Shown here piece after piece: positions 9,229-18,896 of a stretch of DNA of 64,000 nucleotides (position 1 is the stretch's first letter; each line of letters begins with the position of its first letter). This stretch comes from a candidate division FCPU426 bacterium. Its GTDB lineage: Bacteria; Oederibacteriota; Muellerivitia; Muellerivitales; Muellerivitaceae. Position numbers and translations under genes: made by a program. Location of the stretch: NCBI GenBank assembly GCA_963847625.1, contig CAWKAR010000039.1, positions 1-64,000 on the forward strand. Reading direction: 5' to 3'. The notes under the pieces are model-generated. The model worked only from the letters and a program-made list of their open reading frames with translations, ran no database searches and was not told the DNA's origin.

Positions 9229-11049
9229 TTAGAACGAGAAGGTGAGGTTTAAACCGCCTTCGATGCCGCTGAAATCCAGGGTTAAAGGCTTGACCGGATC
9301 GGCCGAGGGCATATTCAGGGAGCCCGACACGCCCACGGCGCCACTCTTGGTATCCACCAGCAGTTTGCTTCCATTGTTCAGGAAGTCGGTGGCGCTCAGG
9401 TAACGGTACCCGACATAGGGGCCCAAAGCCATTCCCTGGGTCAGGCTGAAATCCGCGCCCAGGATGGCCTGGCCATTGACGGCCATGGTGTTGTAGGTGC
9501 CGCCGCTCTTGGAATCCGTATGCAAGAGCGTTATTCCCGTGGGGTCATAATTTGCCTTAGTGAACGTCATGTTGATGGGCGAAATGCCGCCGCCCACGCC
9601 CAGGTAGCCTTTCACGCTCTTACCCCCCAAGAGGAGTTTCACGCCCAAATCCGCCGTGATGATGGTGGTATTGAAGGTGTACTTCCAGGTATCCGGGACG
9701 TAGAAAACAGGATAATTCGGGTTATATTCCAAAGACGTGTAATTCATATTGCCCACGGGGAAATAACCGACAGCCAAATTGACCTCGAAATTGTCGCCTA
9801 TTTGGATAAAAGGCTCGATTTCCGGCAGGCCCACGACGTTTGGAATGACGCCTGTTAAAGAAACGCTTTTGCCGGCCTTCGCGTTATCCTTGATCGCGGT
9901 CGGGTCAGACAGAATGTATTCCGCTCCGCCAAGAAGATGGAAACCGAAGGTGGTTTTTCCGCCTTTACCGGCGCCACCCGCCGCGGCAGGGCCTTGGGCG
10001 TATTTCGCCAATTGGCTGTCCACCCATTGCTGGTCGGCAGGCTGAAGAATGGCCCTGTTTTGGTCAGCGAAAGCCTTGACGGAAGCGTCGGGGTGCTTCA
10101 GGTTGGCCACCGCGAAACAAAGGGCCGCGTCCCTCGTGTCGCGGGACATGTAATAAGCGTAGCCGGCGTAATAATAAGGGCGGTAATCGCCCGGGTTCTG
10201 CTGGGCGGCCTGCAGGAAATAGGGAATGGAAGCCGCGTATTGTTTCTGCTGGAACAAGGCCGCGCCCTGCCTCAAGGGATCGGCCGCCGCAACGCCCGCC
10301 ACGGCAGGTCCTTGGGCGTATTTCGCCGATTGGCTGTCCACCCATTGCTGGCCGGCAGGCTGAAGAGTGGCCTTGATCCGGTCGGCGAAAGACTTGACGG
10401 AAGCGTCGGGGTGCTTCAGGTTGGCCACCGCGAAGCAAAGGGCCGCGTCCCTCGCGTCGCGGGACAGGTAATAAGCGTAACCGGAATAATAATAAGGGCG
10501 GTAATCGTTCGGGTTTTGCTGGGCGGCCTGCATGAAATAACGAATGGCGGCCGCGTATTGTTTCTGCTTGAACAAAGCCGCGCCCTGGTTCAGGGGATCG
10601 GCCGTTTGCAAGACCGTCCCAGGAGCCGTTCCTGGGGTGTTGGCGCTTCCGGCTGGAGCGGCTCCGGCGGCGGCGGAAGCCCCGGTGGTTGAGGCGACGG
10701 CCGTAGCGTTGGACAAATTCGCTTTCAAGCTTTGGACAAATTGGCCCAATTGGGGATTATTGGGTTGAAGGCTCAACGCCTTTTGGAAGCAGGTCAAAGC
10801 ATCCGCCTTGCGGCCGGTGAAGTAATAACAGTCCCCTAAACCCTGGTAAGCGGCGGCGGAGGTCGGATCCAATTTAATGGCGGAATAATAATACTGGCCG
10901 GCCTGGGTATAATTCTGGGTGGCATATAGCTGGTTCGCCGTGGCGATATCTTCCGCGGGCGTGGCTAACTGGGCATGTAAGGCATAGGGAACTTCAAGAC
11001 TCACCGACATCCCTAAAATCAAACAAAAATATTTTCCGATGCCGCGCAT
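9229..11049 (-). CDS. TPR-repeat protein with C-terminal outer-membrane beta-barrel
   Basis: Signal peptide; TPR motifs (AYQGLGDCYY, YYYSGYAYY); amphipathic beta strands ending in LNLTFSF. Confidence 0.8.
   Translation of the reverse strand: MRGIGKYFCLILGMSVSLEVPYALHAQLATPAEDIATANQLYATQNYTQAGQYYYSAIKLDPTSAAAYQGLGDCYYFTGRKADALTCFQKALSLQPNNPQLGQFVQSLKANLSNATAVASTTGASAAAGAAPAGSANTPGTAPGTVLQTADPLNQGAALFKQKQYAAAIRYFMQAAQQNPNDYRPYYYSGYAYYLSRDARDAALCFAVANLKHPDASVKSFADRIKATLQPAGQQWVDSQSAKYAQGPAVAGVAAADPLRQGAALFQQKQYAASIPYFLQAAQQNPGDYRPYYYAGYAYYMSRDTRDAALCFAVANLKHPDASVKAFADQNRAILQPADQQWVDSQLAKYAQGPAAAGGAGKGGKTTFGFHLLGGAEYILSDPTAIKDNAKAGKSVSLTGVIPNVVGLPEIEPFIQIGDNFEVNLAVGYFPVGNMNYTSLEYNPNYPVFYVPDTWKYTFNTTIITADLGVKLLLGGKSVKGYLGVGGGISPINMTFTKANYDPTGITLLHTDSKSGGTYNTMAVNGQAILGADFSLTQGMALGPYVGYRYLSATDFLNNGSKLLVDTKSGAVGVSGSLNMPSADPVKPLTLDFSGIEGGLNLTFSF
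9983..10604 (-). repeat. Intragenic tandem duplication with 318-bp (106-aa) period
   Basis: GGGATCGGCCG at 10276 and 10594; two near-identical DPL.QGAALF...AKYAQGP protein units. Confidence 0.9.
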
Positions 11050-11322
11050 TTACCCCTCCGAAATTTGGGTGATGGAATTTTTAAAACGGTTTTTTTAAAT
11101 TAACCCGGGACATTATATACCGGGATTTCCCGGATGACCTTGCCCAACTAAACCGCAGGATAAATCATTGCGCCTTATACTACCCCCTTATTTTCTAAAC
11201 GATACTGGTTTTTTTGGCCTTAAAAGGCGGGGATTCTGCGTCAGTTTCTTCAAGCCGAAATTGCACAAAGACCGGAGTCCGGCCGGCTTCCATTTTCCAA
11301 GCCGGTTTATTTTCGGAGCCTA

Positions 11323-11778
11323 TTACTCAAATCCATAAAACGAATATGGAATTTGTTTGGAGTCCTGGACGGTGCTATTCACGAATACGTTTCCCAAAAG
11401 GCTGTCATACAACCAGCCTGTATTAGGCCCCGTTGGGACTGAAGACATGGTCGTCATGGATACGATTGCGCTCGAGGGGCTTGTCGACCCCGCCACGAAG
11501 GCTCCTGTCACCTTCACGGAAGCAATATTGTCCAAATATTTGCTGAAAGAATAACCAACGGAAGTCTGCAATGTGGTAGGCCATCTTCCTTCAACGTCGC
11601 CGTAATAAACCGTTGACGCCGCCTTCAGATTTCCCAAATTACCTTTTGTCGACCCTTCGCGGGCTTTTTCCAGCATCTGCGCGAAACGAGGGACGGCGAT
11701 AGCCGCCAAGATACCGATGATCGCGACAACGATCATCAGTTCAATCAAAGTAAACCCTTTAACTTTCAAACGTATCAT
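11323..11778 (-). CDS. Type IV pilin-like protein (prepilin N-methylation motif), paralog A
   Basis: KG|FTLIELMIVVAIIGILAAIA cleavage motif. Confidence 0.92.
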   Translation of the reverse strand: MIRLKVKGFTLIELMIVVAIIGILAAIAVPRFAQMLEKAREGSTKGNLGNLKAASTVYYGDVEGRWPTTLQTSVGYSFSKYLDNIASVKVTGAFVAGSTSPSSAIVSMTTMSSVPTGPNTGWLYDSLLGNVFVNSTVQDSKQIPYSFYGFE

Positions 11779-12140
11779 TTCAACCCCCGCTTAAGTTCAA
11801 TTAATTTGACCCGATTAAATTGGACTTATTAACTCCCCCAAAAACCTTATATTATTTTTTGCCCTTTCCGCACATAGTACTTGACGATGGTTTTTAAAAA
11901 AACCTCGCAAGGTGCCGCTTTTTTCCGCTTAGTTTTATTTTTCCCTCAGTATTTAAACGTTAATATATGAATAATTGATGGATGATATGTAACTAAAGCA
12001 TTCATTTCTTTTAATTCAGTATATCACTTCCCCGATAATTCTTCCCAATTCCTGGTTTTTTGCCTTGAAAACCGGGGGGTTCAGCTTTCACAAGTTGCTT
12101 GGAGGAGTTTTTCATCTTCTCATAATATGAATGGGGGACA

Positions 12141-12175
12141 AAAAGAAAAGTGGGCCCAAAAGGCCCGCTTTTCTT
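12141..12175 (-). terminator. Intrinsic terminator after 12199-12615
   Basis: Minus strand reads AAGAAAAGCGGGCC-TTTTG-GGCCCACTTTTCTTTT: a GC stem followed by a U tract. Confidence 0.75.
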
Positions 12176-12198
12176 AGCCTATTCTTCCTGGTTGATTT

Positions 12199-12615
12199 TT
12201 ATTTTGCGCCGGGAGTGGCCGGAGCGGCGGTTCCCGTCTTATCTTTGATGGCCTTGGAATTTTCGCCCAATTCCTTGTTCAACTTATTGAATTGGTCCTC
12301 GGTCAATTCCCTTTTACCGTTGGTTTTGAGGTCGCTTTGTATTTTTTCACGCAGGGTGTTGATCTTTGCGTGAATGGCCTTGGCCTCGTCCTTGGTCAAC
12401 TTCTTATCCTTGACCCCTACCATAACCCGCTCGTTTTGCGACTCTATCCTGGCCCTGATTTTATCGAGCAAGGGATGGTTTACTTTCACCCTGGCCTTCA
12501 TCGGGGCGGCTTTTGCGGCGGAAGCCGCGGGAGTGGAAGTGTTAGTCTGGGATAATGCGATACCTGCGGCACCGACAAACAAAAGAGCGTACGACAACGA
12601 CAAGACTTTTTTCAT
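12199..12615 (-). CDS. Small secreted Lys-rich helical protein of unknown function
   Basis: GGAGG RBS, signal peptide, KLTKDEAK...NGKRELTEDQ; paralogous to 20848-21183. Confidence 0.8.
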   Translation of the reverse strand: MKKVLSLSYALLFVGAAGIALSQTNTSTPAASAAKAAPMKARVKVNHPLLDKIRARIESQNERVMVGVKDKKLTKDEAKAIHAKINTLREKIQSDLKTNGKRELTEDQFNKLNKELGENSKAIKDKTGTAAPATPGAK

Positions 12616-12850
12616 TTACTTATCCTCCATAAAGATTATGAATCTCAACTTATATTAGACGCTTGGACAGGGGTAAAAGTTCAGGCGTTTTGTGTTCAAT
12701 GGACCGGATCCCTTCCCGGTCCTAGTGGCGATTTACTCGGACCCACCAGGGGAAGGGAAATGACCTTTCCCATACTTTAAACCCCCATGACTGTCTTAAG
12801 GTGAATCGGTGCGGAGTGCTATGCCGTTGGAGTTGCTAACTGCCAACCTA

Positions 12851-12909
12851 CCCTGAGCGGTTCGACACCCTGCTCCTCGCTGCGGTGCGAGGAACTCACC
12901 CCAAGCCCT
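12851..12909. repeat. Dispersed intergenic palindromic repeat, copy 2
   Basis: 50/59 identical to 7291-7349. Confidence 0.8.
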
Positions 12910-13074
12910 GTAGAGGGATCATGCCTGGCCTCTTTTAAATTTATCCCTTTCTTTCACCGATTAGGTCTATAGTTAAGAAAGACCTATTCGACGCGAACCC
13001 TCCGATACCGCAGAGTCCCCCCCGCCGGTTAAGTCGCGGAAGAATTCCAACTTTTTTCATATGAGGTGCCTTTG

Positions 13075-14703
13075 ATGGAAAACCAAGCCCCCCATTGTTT
13101 ATTGATCTATCCCAAATTCACCGCCCAGTCCTTCTGGAATTACAAGGAAGCCTGTGAGTTGATGGGGGCCAAGTACCCCACCGCCCCCCTGGGCCTGATC
13201 ACGGTGGCCGCCATGTTTCCCCCTTCTTGGCGGGCCAAATTGATTGACTTGAACGTGGAGAAACTCAAAGCCCGGGATGTGGCTTGGGCGGACATGGTCT
13301 TCATCAGCGGCATGATCTTCCAACAGCCGGACCACCTCCGATTGATCGACTATTTCAAATCCCTCAAAAAGAAAGTCATTGTGGGCGGCCCCGATCCCAC
13401 CTCCAGCCCCCACGTTTACGACCGGGCCGACCACTTGGTCCTGGGGGAGGCGGAGGTTACTTTTCCGGAGTTCTTGGATGATTTCAAGGGGGGCACGGCC
13501 AAGCACCTTTATGAGGCGGGGGAGAGGAAGGCCGATATGACCCGAAGCCCCACCCCGAGGTTTGAACTGTTGAAATTCAAGAAATACCTCCACGTGGCCA
13601 TCCAATGGAACCGGGGGTGCCCCTTCATGTGCGAGTTCTGCGACATCATCGAACTTTTCGGCCGGGTGCCCCGGGGCAAAAGCCCCGGACAGGTGCTTTT
13701 GGAGCTTCAAAAGATCCACGACCTGGGTTACCGGGGGCATGTGGAGATCGTGGACGATAATTTCATCGGAAACAAGAAAGCCGTCAAGGAACTGCTGCCG
13801 TCCATCGTCCAATGGCAGAAGGAACACCGCCATCCCTTCGACCTTTCCACCGAGGCCTCCCTGAACCTTTCCGACGATTCTCCCCTCATGGACCTGATGA
13901 AGGAAGCGGGTTTCAGCTGGGTCTTCACGGGAATCGAGACGCCTAACGAGGAGACGCTCAAGGCCACCCAGAAGGGCCAGAACACCCGCCGGTCCATCGC
14001 GGAGAGCGTCCAGCGGATCAACCAGCACGGGATGGTCGTGCACGCGGGTTATATCGTGGGTTTCGACGACGAGAAGGGAAGCGTGGCCCAGGCCCTATTG
14101 GACAATATCGAGGACACCAATATCCCCGTGAGCATGGTGGGCCTTTTATACGCCCTGCCCAACACCCAGTTGACCCGCCGCCTGCGGCAGGAAGGCCGTT
14201 TGGACGACTCCTTCGAGGTTCCCGCCGCCAACGCCACCTGCCAATGCACGACAGGCCTTAATTTCACCACCCTGAGGCCGAAGTTCGAGATCTTGAAGGA
14301 TTTCCGCAGGATCATCAAGGAAACATTCTCGGCCAGGAAATATTTCGGACGTATCCAACGCATGTCCCTGAAATTGAATTGTTCCAACATGCGGTTCCGC
14401 ACCCCCTTGGGCAAAAAAATAAAGGAAATGAGGGCCTTGTTCAACCTTTCCTTCAAGCTGGGGTTCAACCCGGTAGCATCGTACCATTACGTGAAGGTCA
14501 TCGCCTCAACCCTCTTCAGGAATCCCAGGGCGTTGAACAGCGCCATTTCCCTGATGGCCCTTTATCTTCATTTTGGCAAGTTCCGGAACGTGGTATTGGC
14601 CCGGCTCGACGCGGATATTTCCCGGTTAAAGGCCGAAGCGGAGAAAGCGGGCCGCAAAGCCGGGGCCATGCTTCAGCCCCGTCCCCCCATCACGGCCCCA
14701 TAA
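13075..14703 (+). CDS. B12-binding radical SAM protein (DUF4070-type C-terminus)
   Basis: PLGLITVAA B12-binding region, RGCPFMCEFC CxxxCxxC motif, DDNFIGN and GIETP. The start may be the GTG at 13066. Confidence 0.92.
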   Translation: MENQAPHCLLIYPKFTAQSFWNYKEACELMGAKYPTAPLGLITVAAMFPPSWRAKLIDLNVEKLKARDVAWADMVFISGMIFQQPDHLRLIDYFKSLKKKVIVGGPDPTSSPHVYDRADHLVLGEAEVTFPEFLDDFKGGTAKHLYEAGERKADMTRSPTPRFELLKFKKYLHVAIQWNRGCPFMCEFCDIIELFGRVPRGKSPGQVLLELQKIHDLGYRGHVEIVDDNFIGNKKAVKELLPSIVQWQKEHRHPFDLSTEASLNLSDDSPLMDLMKEAGFSWVFTGIETPNEETLKATQKGQNTRRSIAESVQRINQHGMVVHAGYIVGFDDEKGSVAQALLDNIEDTNIPVSMVGLLYALPNTQLTRRLRQEGRLDDSFEVPAANATCQCTTGLNFTTLRPKFEILKDFRRIIKETFSARKYFGRIQRMSLKLNCSNMRFRTPLGKKIKEMRALFNLSFKLGFNPVASYHYVKVIASTLFRNPRALNSAISLMALYLHFGKFRNVVLARLDADISRLKAEAEKAGRKAGAMLQPRPPITAP

Positions 14704-14746
14704 GACATTCGGGGCCGCTCGCAGGTATCTGTTTTTGGAGGTGCTC

Positions 14747-15073
14747 ATGTCTGAAATCCCAGCTCCCTATGGGAATAAAGAAAAAAAGAAATCCGACATC
14801 GAGCGGATCGCCGCTTTCATGACCCGCTTTTTAGAGGTTGGAATACTTGGGACGTTTCCTTACCCGGAAGATCTTCAAAAAATCTACCAAGACCTGGACA
14901 ACCCGGGAAAAAACGAATGGTACGAACATACTTTTAGCGCCGTTTTTCGTGACGCGTGCCAATCCGTCATAGGATTATTGGGAAGGGTATTGAAACCCGT
15001 GGAGATCAACCTCATCAAACGAAGAATCGTGAATTATTTCAAACAAGCGGGAATTGAATACAACAAGAAATGA
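14747..15073 (+). CDS. Hypothetical protein
   Basis: GGAGG RBS before the ATG at 14747; no recognisable motif. Confidence 0.6.
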   Translation: MSEIPAPYGNKEKKKSDIERIAAFMTRFLEVGILGTFPYPEDLQKIYQDLDNPGKNEWYEHTFSAVFRDACQSVIGLLGRVLKPVEINLIKRRIVNYFKQAGIEYNKK

Positions 15074-15141
15074 TGTGTGAATCCTGGAAAAATACAGCCT
15101 TTTGGGACACATGAATGGTTCCTGGATTTTCCCGGCCGGCC

Positions 15142-16725
15142 TTATTTCAATTTCAAGATATAGGTTAACGGCACCCCTTCGCGCTGGACGGTATGGATGA
15201 TTTTGGACCTGTCGAAATCCTTTCTAGTGTTATCCAGAACCTCGCCCCGGGTCAGCACCAGCCAATAATCCGCCTCCTCCAATTTGTAATCCCCCCCATA
15301 ACCATGCATATTGCCGGTAAAGTAGTACAAGGAGGCCTGGGGGTTACCGGTGACCTTGATTTTATATTTCCGGTTCATGTCCTTGATTTCGTGGGCTATC
15401 AACCACTCGGTGGCTTCCTTCAAACTCGCGCCCCAATAATCAGTCTCGAACTTTCCCTCCGCCCCCTTCAGGCCCCCGATCAGCTCGTTGAAATAGATGT
15501 ATTCATAGGGATGCAGCCGGACCATGTCGGCGGCGATAGAAACCATGTTCAGGCCCAGGAATACGGCAACCGCGCTTTTCATAAGGAAGGGGTGTTTTCC
15601 CTTGAAAAATTCCCGGATCGTCATCCAGGCGATGAGGGTCAGGACCGGCATGATGAAAAGATATTGGCGGTCGCCGTCGTAAATAACGGGGTGCAATAAC
15701 AAGTACAAAACCAGGTTGAGGGCCAGGGCGCCCAGGAAAAGGGCGTAAAGCGGGTCCCATTGCTTCTTCTTCCCATGCCTGAGGATCCAAAATGAAAAAA
15801 TGGAAAAAACGAGCGAGAAAACCGGCATGGTCAAAAAAAGCCAGACCGACACGTAGTACCAGGGCCGCCCGGAAGGGAATACGCCATGGCCCATGAAGAG
15901 CGTAAAACCGCTCCAATCGAAATGACGGCCCCACTTGAGGATATTCGGAAAATGGCGGAAATAATCCGCGCCGAGGTAGGGCCAGAGCAGAGCCATTAAA
16001 ACCTGGGATACGGCGAAGACGAGGAAGAGGAACCCGGCTTCCCGGAACAGGAATGGTTTCAACGGCTCCTTCTTTTTCCCGGAAGGCGCCGTCCCACGGA
16101 TGAAAAGGTCGAACCCCAGCAGAACCACGAAAAGGGTGAAGCCCACCACCCTCTCGCAAGTGGTGACCCCGAACAGGGTTCCCAGCAGGAGAACCACGGG
16201 CCAACCGTTCTTATGCCTTGTCCGGGTCAGGTAGATACAGCCCAGGCTAATGAAATAGGAGAAGGCAAAGGGGATGTCGGTGGGATTGGCCGGGATATGG
16301 CCGGAAAAGCAGGGGGTCAGGACCAGGGCGTATAGGCCCCCTAAGGCCCAAAAAACCCCGCCGATGTGCGTTTTCAAAAGCTTGAAGCAAAACGCGAAAA
16401 AGACCGAGGCCAAGAGAAGGTTCAGGAAGTGAATGTGTTCGAGGTTGATGTTTGGGTCCCTGGACAATATCAGGGCTTCCACGCTGTTGAACAGGAAATC
16501 ATGCCCCGCCTCGCAGGGTTGGAGGACATCGTCGTTGGGATTACGGGGCAACGTGAACCAATAATGCAGGAGTTTGCCCCCTCCCCCGAAACCCGAATGC
16601 TCATCGGCCGTGATCCCGTATTGCCGGTAGGTCGAAAAAGTGAATAGGAGGTAGGGAAGCAGGAAAAATACGAGGAAAGAGGCCCAAGGGAGTTGAGGAA
16701 GTTTAAAAGGAAATATTTTTTTCAT
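15142..16725 (-). CDS. GT-C fold glycosyltransferase (ArnT/PMT-like)
   Basis: GITADE loop after the first TM, many TM helices, NPTDIP, RPWYY and HPYEYIYFN...ETDYWG. Confidence 0.82.
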   Translation of the reverse strand: MKKIFPFKLPQLPWASFLVFFLLPYLLFTFSTYRQYGITADEHSGFGGGGKLLHYWFTLPRNPNDDVLQPCEAGHDFLFNSVEALILSRDPNINLEHIHFLNLLLASVFFAFCFKLLKTHIGGVFWALGGLYALVLTPCFSGHIPANPTDIPFAFSYFISLGCIYLTRTRHKNGWPVVLLLGTLFGVTTCERVVGFTLFVVLLGFDLFIRGTAPSGKKKEPLKPFLFREAGFLFLVFAVSQVLMALLWPYLGADYFRHFPNILKWGRHFDWSGFTLFMGHGVFPSGRPWYYVSVWLFLTMPVFSLVFSIFSFWILRHGKKKQWDPLYALFLGALALNLVLYLLLHPVIYDGDRQYLFIMPVLTLIAWMTIREFFKGKHPFLMKSAVAVFLGLNMVSIAADMVRLHPYEYIYFNELIGGLKGAEGKFETDYWGASLKEATEWLIAHEIKDMNRKYKIKVTGNPQASLYYFTGNMHGYGGDYKLEEADYWLVLTRGEVLDNTRKDFDRSKIIHTVQREGVPLTYILKLK

Positions 16726-16989
16726 GTGCCTATGCGCAAGTGAGCCGCCCAAGATGACGGGGAAACCCCCGAATCATCCCAAGATTTAAGGACTATCTTA
16801 GCGCTTTTTCCGGAGGAAGCTGAAATGCAAAATCCGCGGTCACATTTAACACTTAAAAATTTTAATTAGAATTTCCCGACCGTTTTGCGAAGGATATTGA
16901 AAACTCTTCCGGCGATTTAAATCCAATTCCCCACAGGTTTCCCTCTTGACGAACTTGGCGGTTCCAGCCCCCTTGGCTATAATTCATTG

Positions 16990-18690
16990 ATGGATTCCGC
17001 ACGGAAAACCCTCCTTTATGGCTTCCTGCTTTGCGCCGCGGCTTTCAGCCTGCAGGTCATCCCGCGCTGGTGGGGCGATTCCATCATCATGGACGAGGAA
17101 TGGAACCTGACCGCTTCGTATTATTATTGGACGCGGGGCGACGTCATGACGGGCGGGGGCACCACGGCCCCGGGCGCCCTTTGCGCGGTCCCTCTCCTGT
17201 TCATGGACCTCAAACTCAACCCCTCCATCGGCCAGGACTGGCGCCCGCGGGCTTTGAGCCTTCTTTTCATGGACAATCTCAGCCATTTGGAAGCCATCAC
17301 CCTCTGGAGCCGGAGCGTGGACTGGCTGATCGGGCTTTTGATCGGGTTCTTGCTCTACCGGGCCGTCCGGGACGGCCCCCTGGCCCTGGGCCTTTCGGCC
17401 CTGGTTCTTTGGGCCTTCGAGCCGACCCTGCTGGCCTTCAGCGGGACGGCTAAAACCGACGTCTCCGTGGTCTTTTGGTTCTTCCTCTGCGTGCTTTATT
17501 TCAAAAAAATCCAGCAACAGGAAAAAATCCTGCCTTTCGCCCTGGCGGGCTGCTTGGCGGGCCTGGCCGCCTCGACCCGTTACAACGGCCTTCTGGTCCT
17601 GCCGGTCCTGCTGGCGATGGAGATTTTTCATGGCCTTGGTTCCGGCGGGGGTTTCAAGGCCTTCAAGCGCCGTTTCCCCCTTTGGCTTTCGGGCCTGGTG
17701 GGATTTCTCGCGGTCGTTTGCTTGCTTTATCTTCCCGGAACCTTCGTCTCCCGCAAACACTATTGGCCGATTACCGTCTTTATCCTGAACATGTCCGGCT
17801 ATACGGGCCAACGGCCGGAAATCTCCAACCAATTCGTCTGCTTCGCGAACCATACCTGGCAGAACGGCACCTACCTCCTCTTCCCCTTCCATTTCTTTTT
17901 CAAGAACACCCTCCCTTTTTTCCTCCTTCTCACGGCGGGAGCCCTGTTGGGCCTGGTGAAAAAAGGGTTCCTCGCCCCCTGGGTCTGGGTTCCGCCCGCG
18001 GTTTACCTGGGCCTTTTCTGGCTTTTCGACAAGGGCATGAACATCCGGCACGGGCTTCCGGCGTATCCTTTCCTGATTCTCATCGCGGCCCGGGCCTTCC
18101 AATGGCTATGGGCCCAATGCGGGGGTTCTTTCCGGACCTTGCTGAGGGCCGCGCTCGTCTGCCTGCTTTTGTGGCACGTCGTGGGCGTGATCCGCAACTT
18201 TCCCCACCATATCGCCTACGCCAATGAACTCATCGGCATCAAGGATAAACCCAACCTCCTGTACACCTTCAATTGGAATCTGGGGCAGGACATGAAGCGT
18301 TTGGCCTTGACGGCCCGGGACCGGGGCTGGAAAAGGGCGAAGCTGATGACCGCGCAGAGGACGGACCCCTTTTTTTACGGGATGCTCTGGGAGCCCTGGA
18401 CCGAGAAAGACCTCACCCAACCCCAACCCGGAATGGTGTATGTGATGGACCCTTCCATCCTCTTTGACCACCCCGTTTACAGGGACCTCTTCCTCGCGCA
18501 TTGCCCCTGGCTGAGTCAAACGCCCATCACCGGAATCCTGGGCGGCACCCTGTATTATTTTGAAACCCCGGGCATCCTGGACCCCGCCTACAAGGATGAT
18601 TCCATGGCGGTCAACACCTTCCCTTATTACACCAACGGCGTCCCTCCTTATGTAAGCCATTCCCCCCCCGATACCTGGATCGCCCGCTGA
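16990..18690 (+). CDS. GT-C fold glycosyltransferase (ArnT/PMT-like)
   Basis: DSIIMDE loop, EPTLLA...KTD, multiple TMs, IRH, YANE and WNLGQD. Confidence 0.82.
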   Translation: MDSARKTLLYGFLLCAAAFSLQVIPRWWGDSIIMDEEWNLTASYYYWTRGDVMTGGGTTAPGALCAVPLLFMDLKLNPSIGQDWRPRALSLLFMDNLSHLEAITLWSRSVDWLIGLLIGFLLYRAVRDGPLALGLSALVLWAFEPTLLAFSGTAKTDVSVVFWFFLCVLYFKKIQQQEKILPFALAGCLAGLAASTRYNGLLVLPVLLAMEIFHGLGSGGGFKAFKRRFPLWLSGLVGFLAVVCLLYLPGTFVSRKHYWPITVFILNMSGYTGQRPEISNQFVCFANHTWQNGTYLLFPFHFFFKNTLPFFLLLTAGALLGLVKKGFLAPWVWVPPAVYLGLFWLFDKGMNIRHGLPAYPFLILIAARAFQWLWAQCGGSFRTLLRAALVCLLLWHVVGVIRNFPHHIAYANELIGIKDKPNLLYTFNWNLGQDMKRLALTARDRGWKRAKLMTAQRTDPFFYGMLWEPWTEKDLTQPQPGMVYVMDPSILFDHPVYRDLFLAHCPWLSQTPITGILGGTLYYFETPGILDPAYKDDSMAVNTFPYYTNGVPPYVSHSPPDTWIAR

Positions 18691-18782
18691 AAGCGCGTGG
18701 CTAAGGCTGGATAACCAGTCGACGTCATCGGCAAACCCGGTAGACGGAACTCGTCTACCGGTAGAAAAGCCGATTATTGGTG

Positions 18783-18880
18783 ATTGTGCCAAACCGATTG
18801 TGCCATTGTGCCACTCGATTGTGCCAATTGTGCCACCCGGTGTTTACCGGTTTGGCACAATCGCTCCGAAGTGGCACAAT
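18783..18880. repeat. Cluster of seven ATTGTGCCA 9-mers (5 direct, 2 inverted)
   Basis: Direct copies at 18783, 18797, 18805, 18818 and 18827; inverted TGGCACAAT at 18853 and 18872. Confidence 0.9.
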
Positions 18881-18896
18881 CCGGCTCCGGGAACAT

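Noticed and set aside
11323..11778. Electrically conductive (e-)pilin
   Set aside because: About 11% aromatic, but position 27 is Met and there are aromatic-free gaps of 25-27 residues; not supportable.
18727..18774. c-di-GMP-I (GEMM) riboswitch
   Set aside because: GGCAAAC...AAAGCC is reminiscent, but the GNRA loop, the GACGC segment and the second hairpin are missing.
18853..18880. Sigma54 promoters at TGGCAC
   Set aside because: No TTGC -12 element at the required spacing; the motif belongs to a seven-copy cluster.
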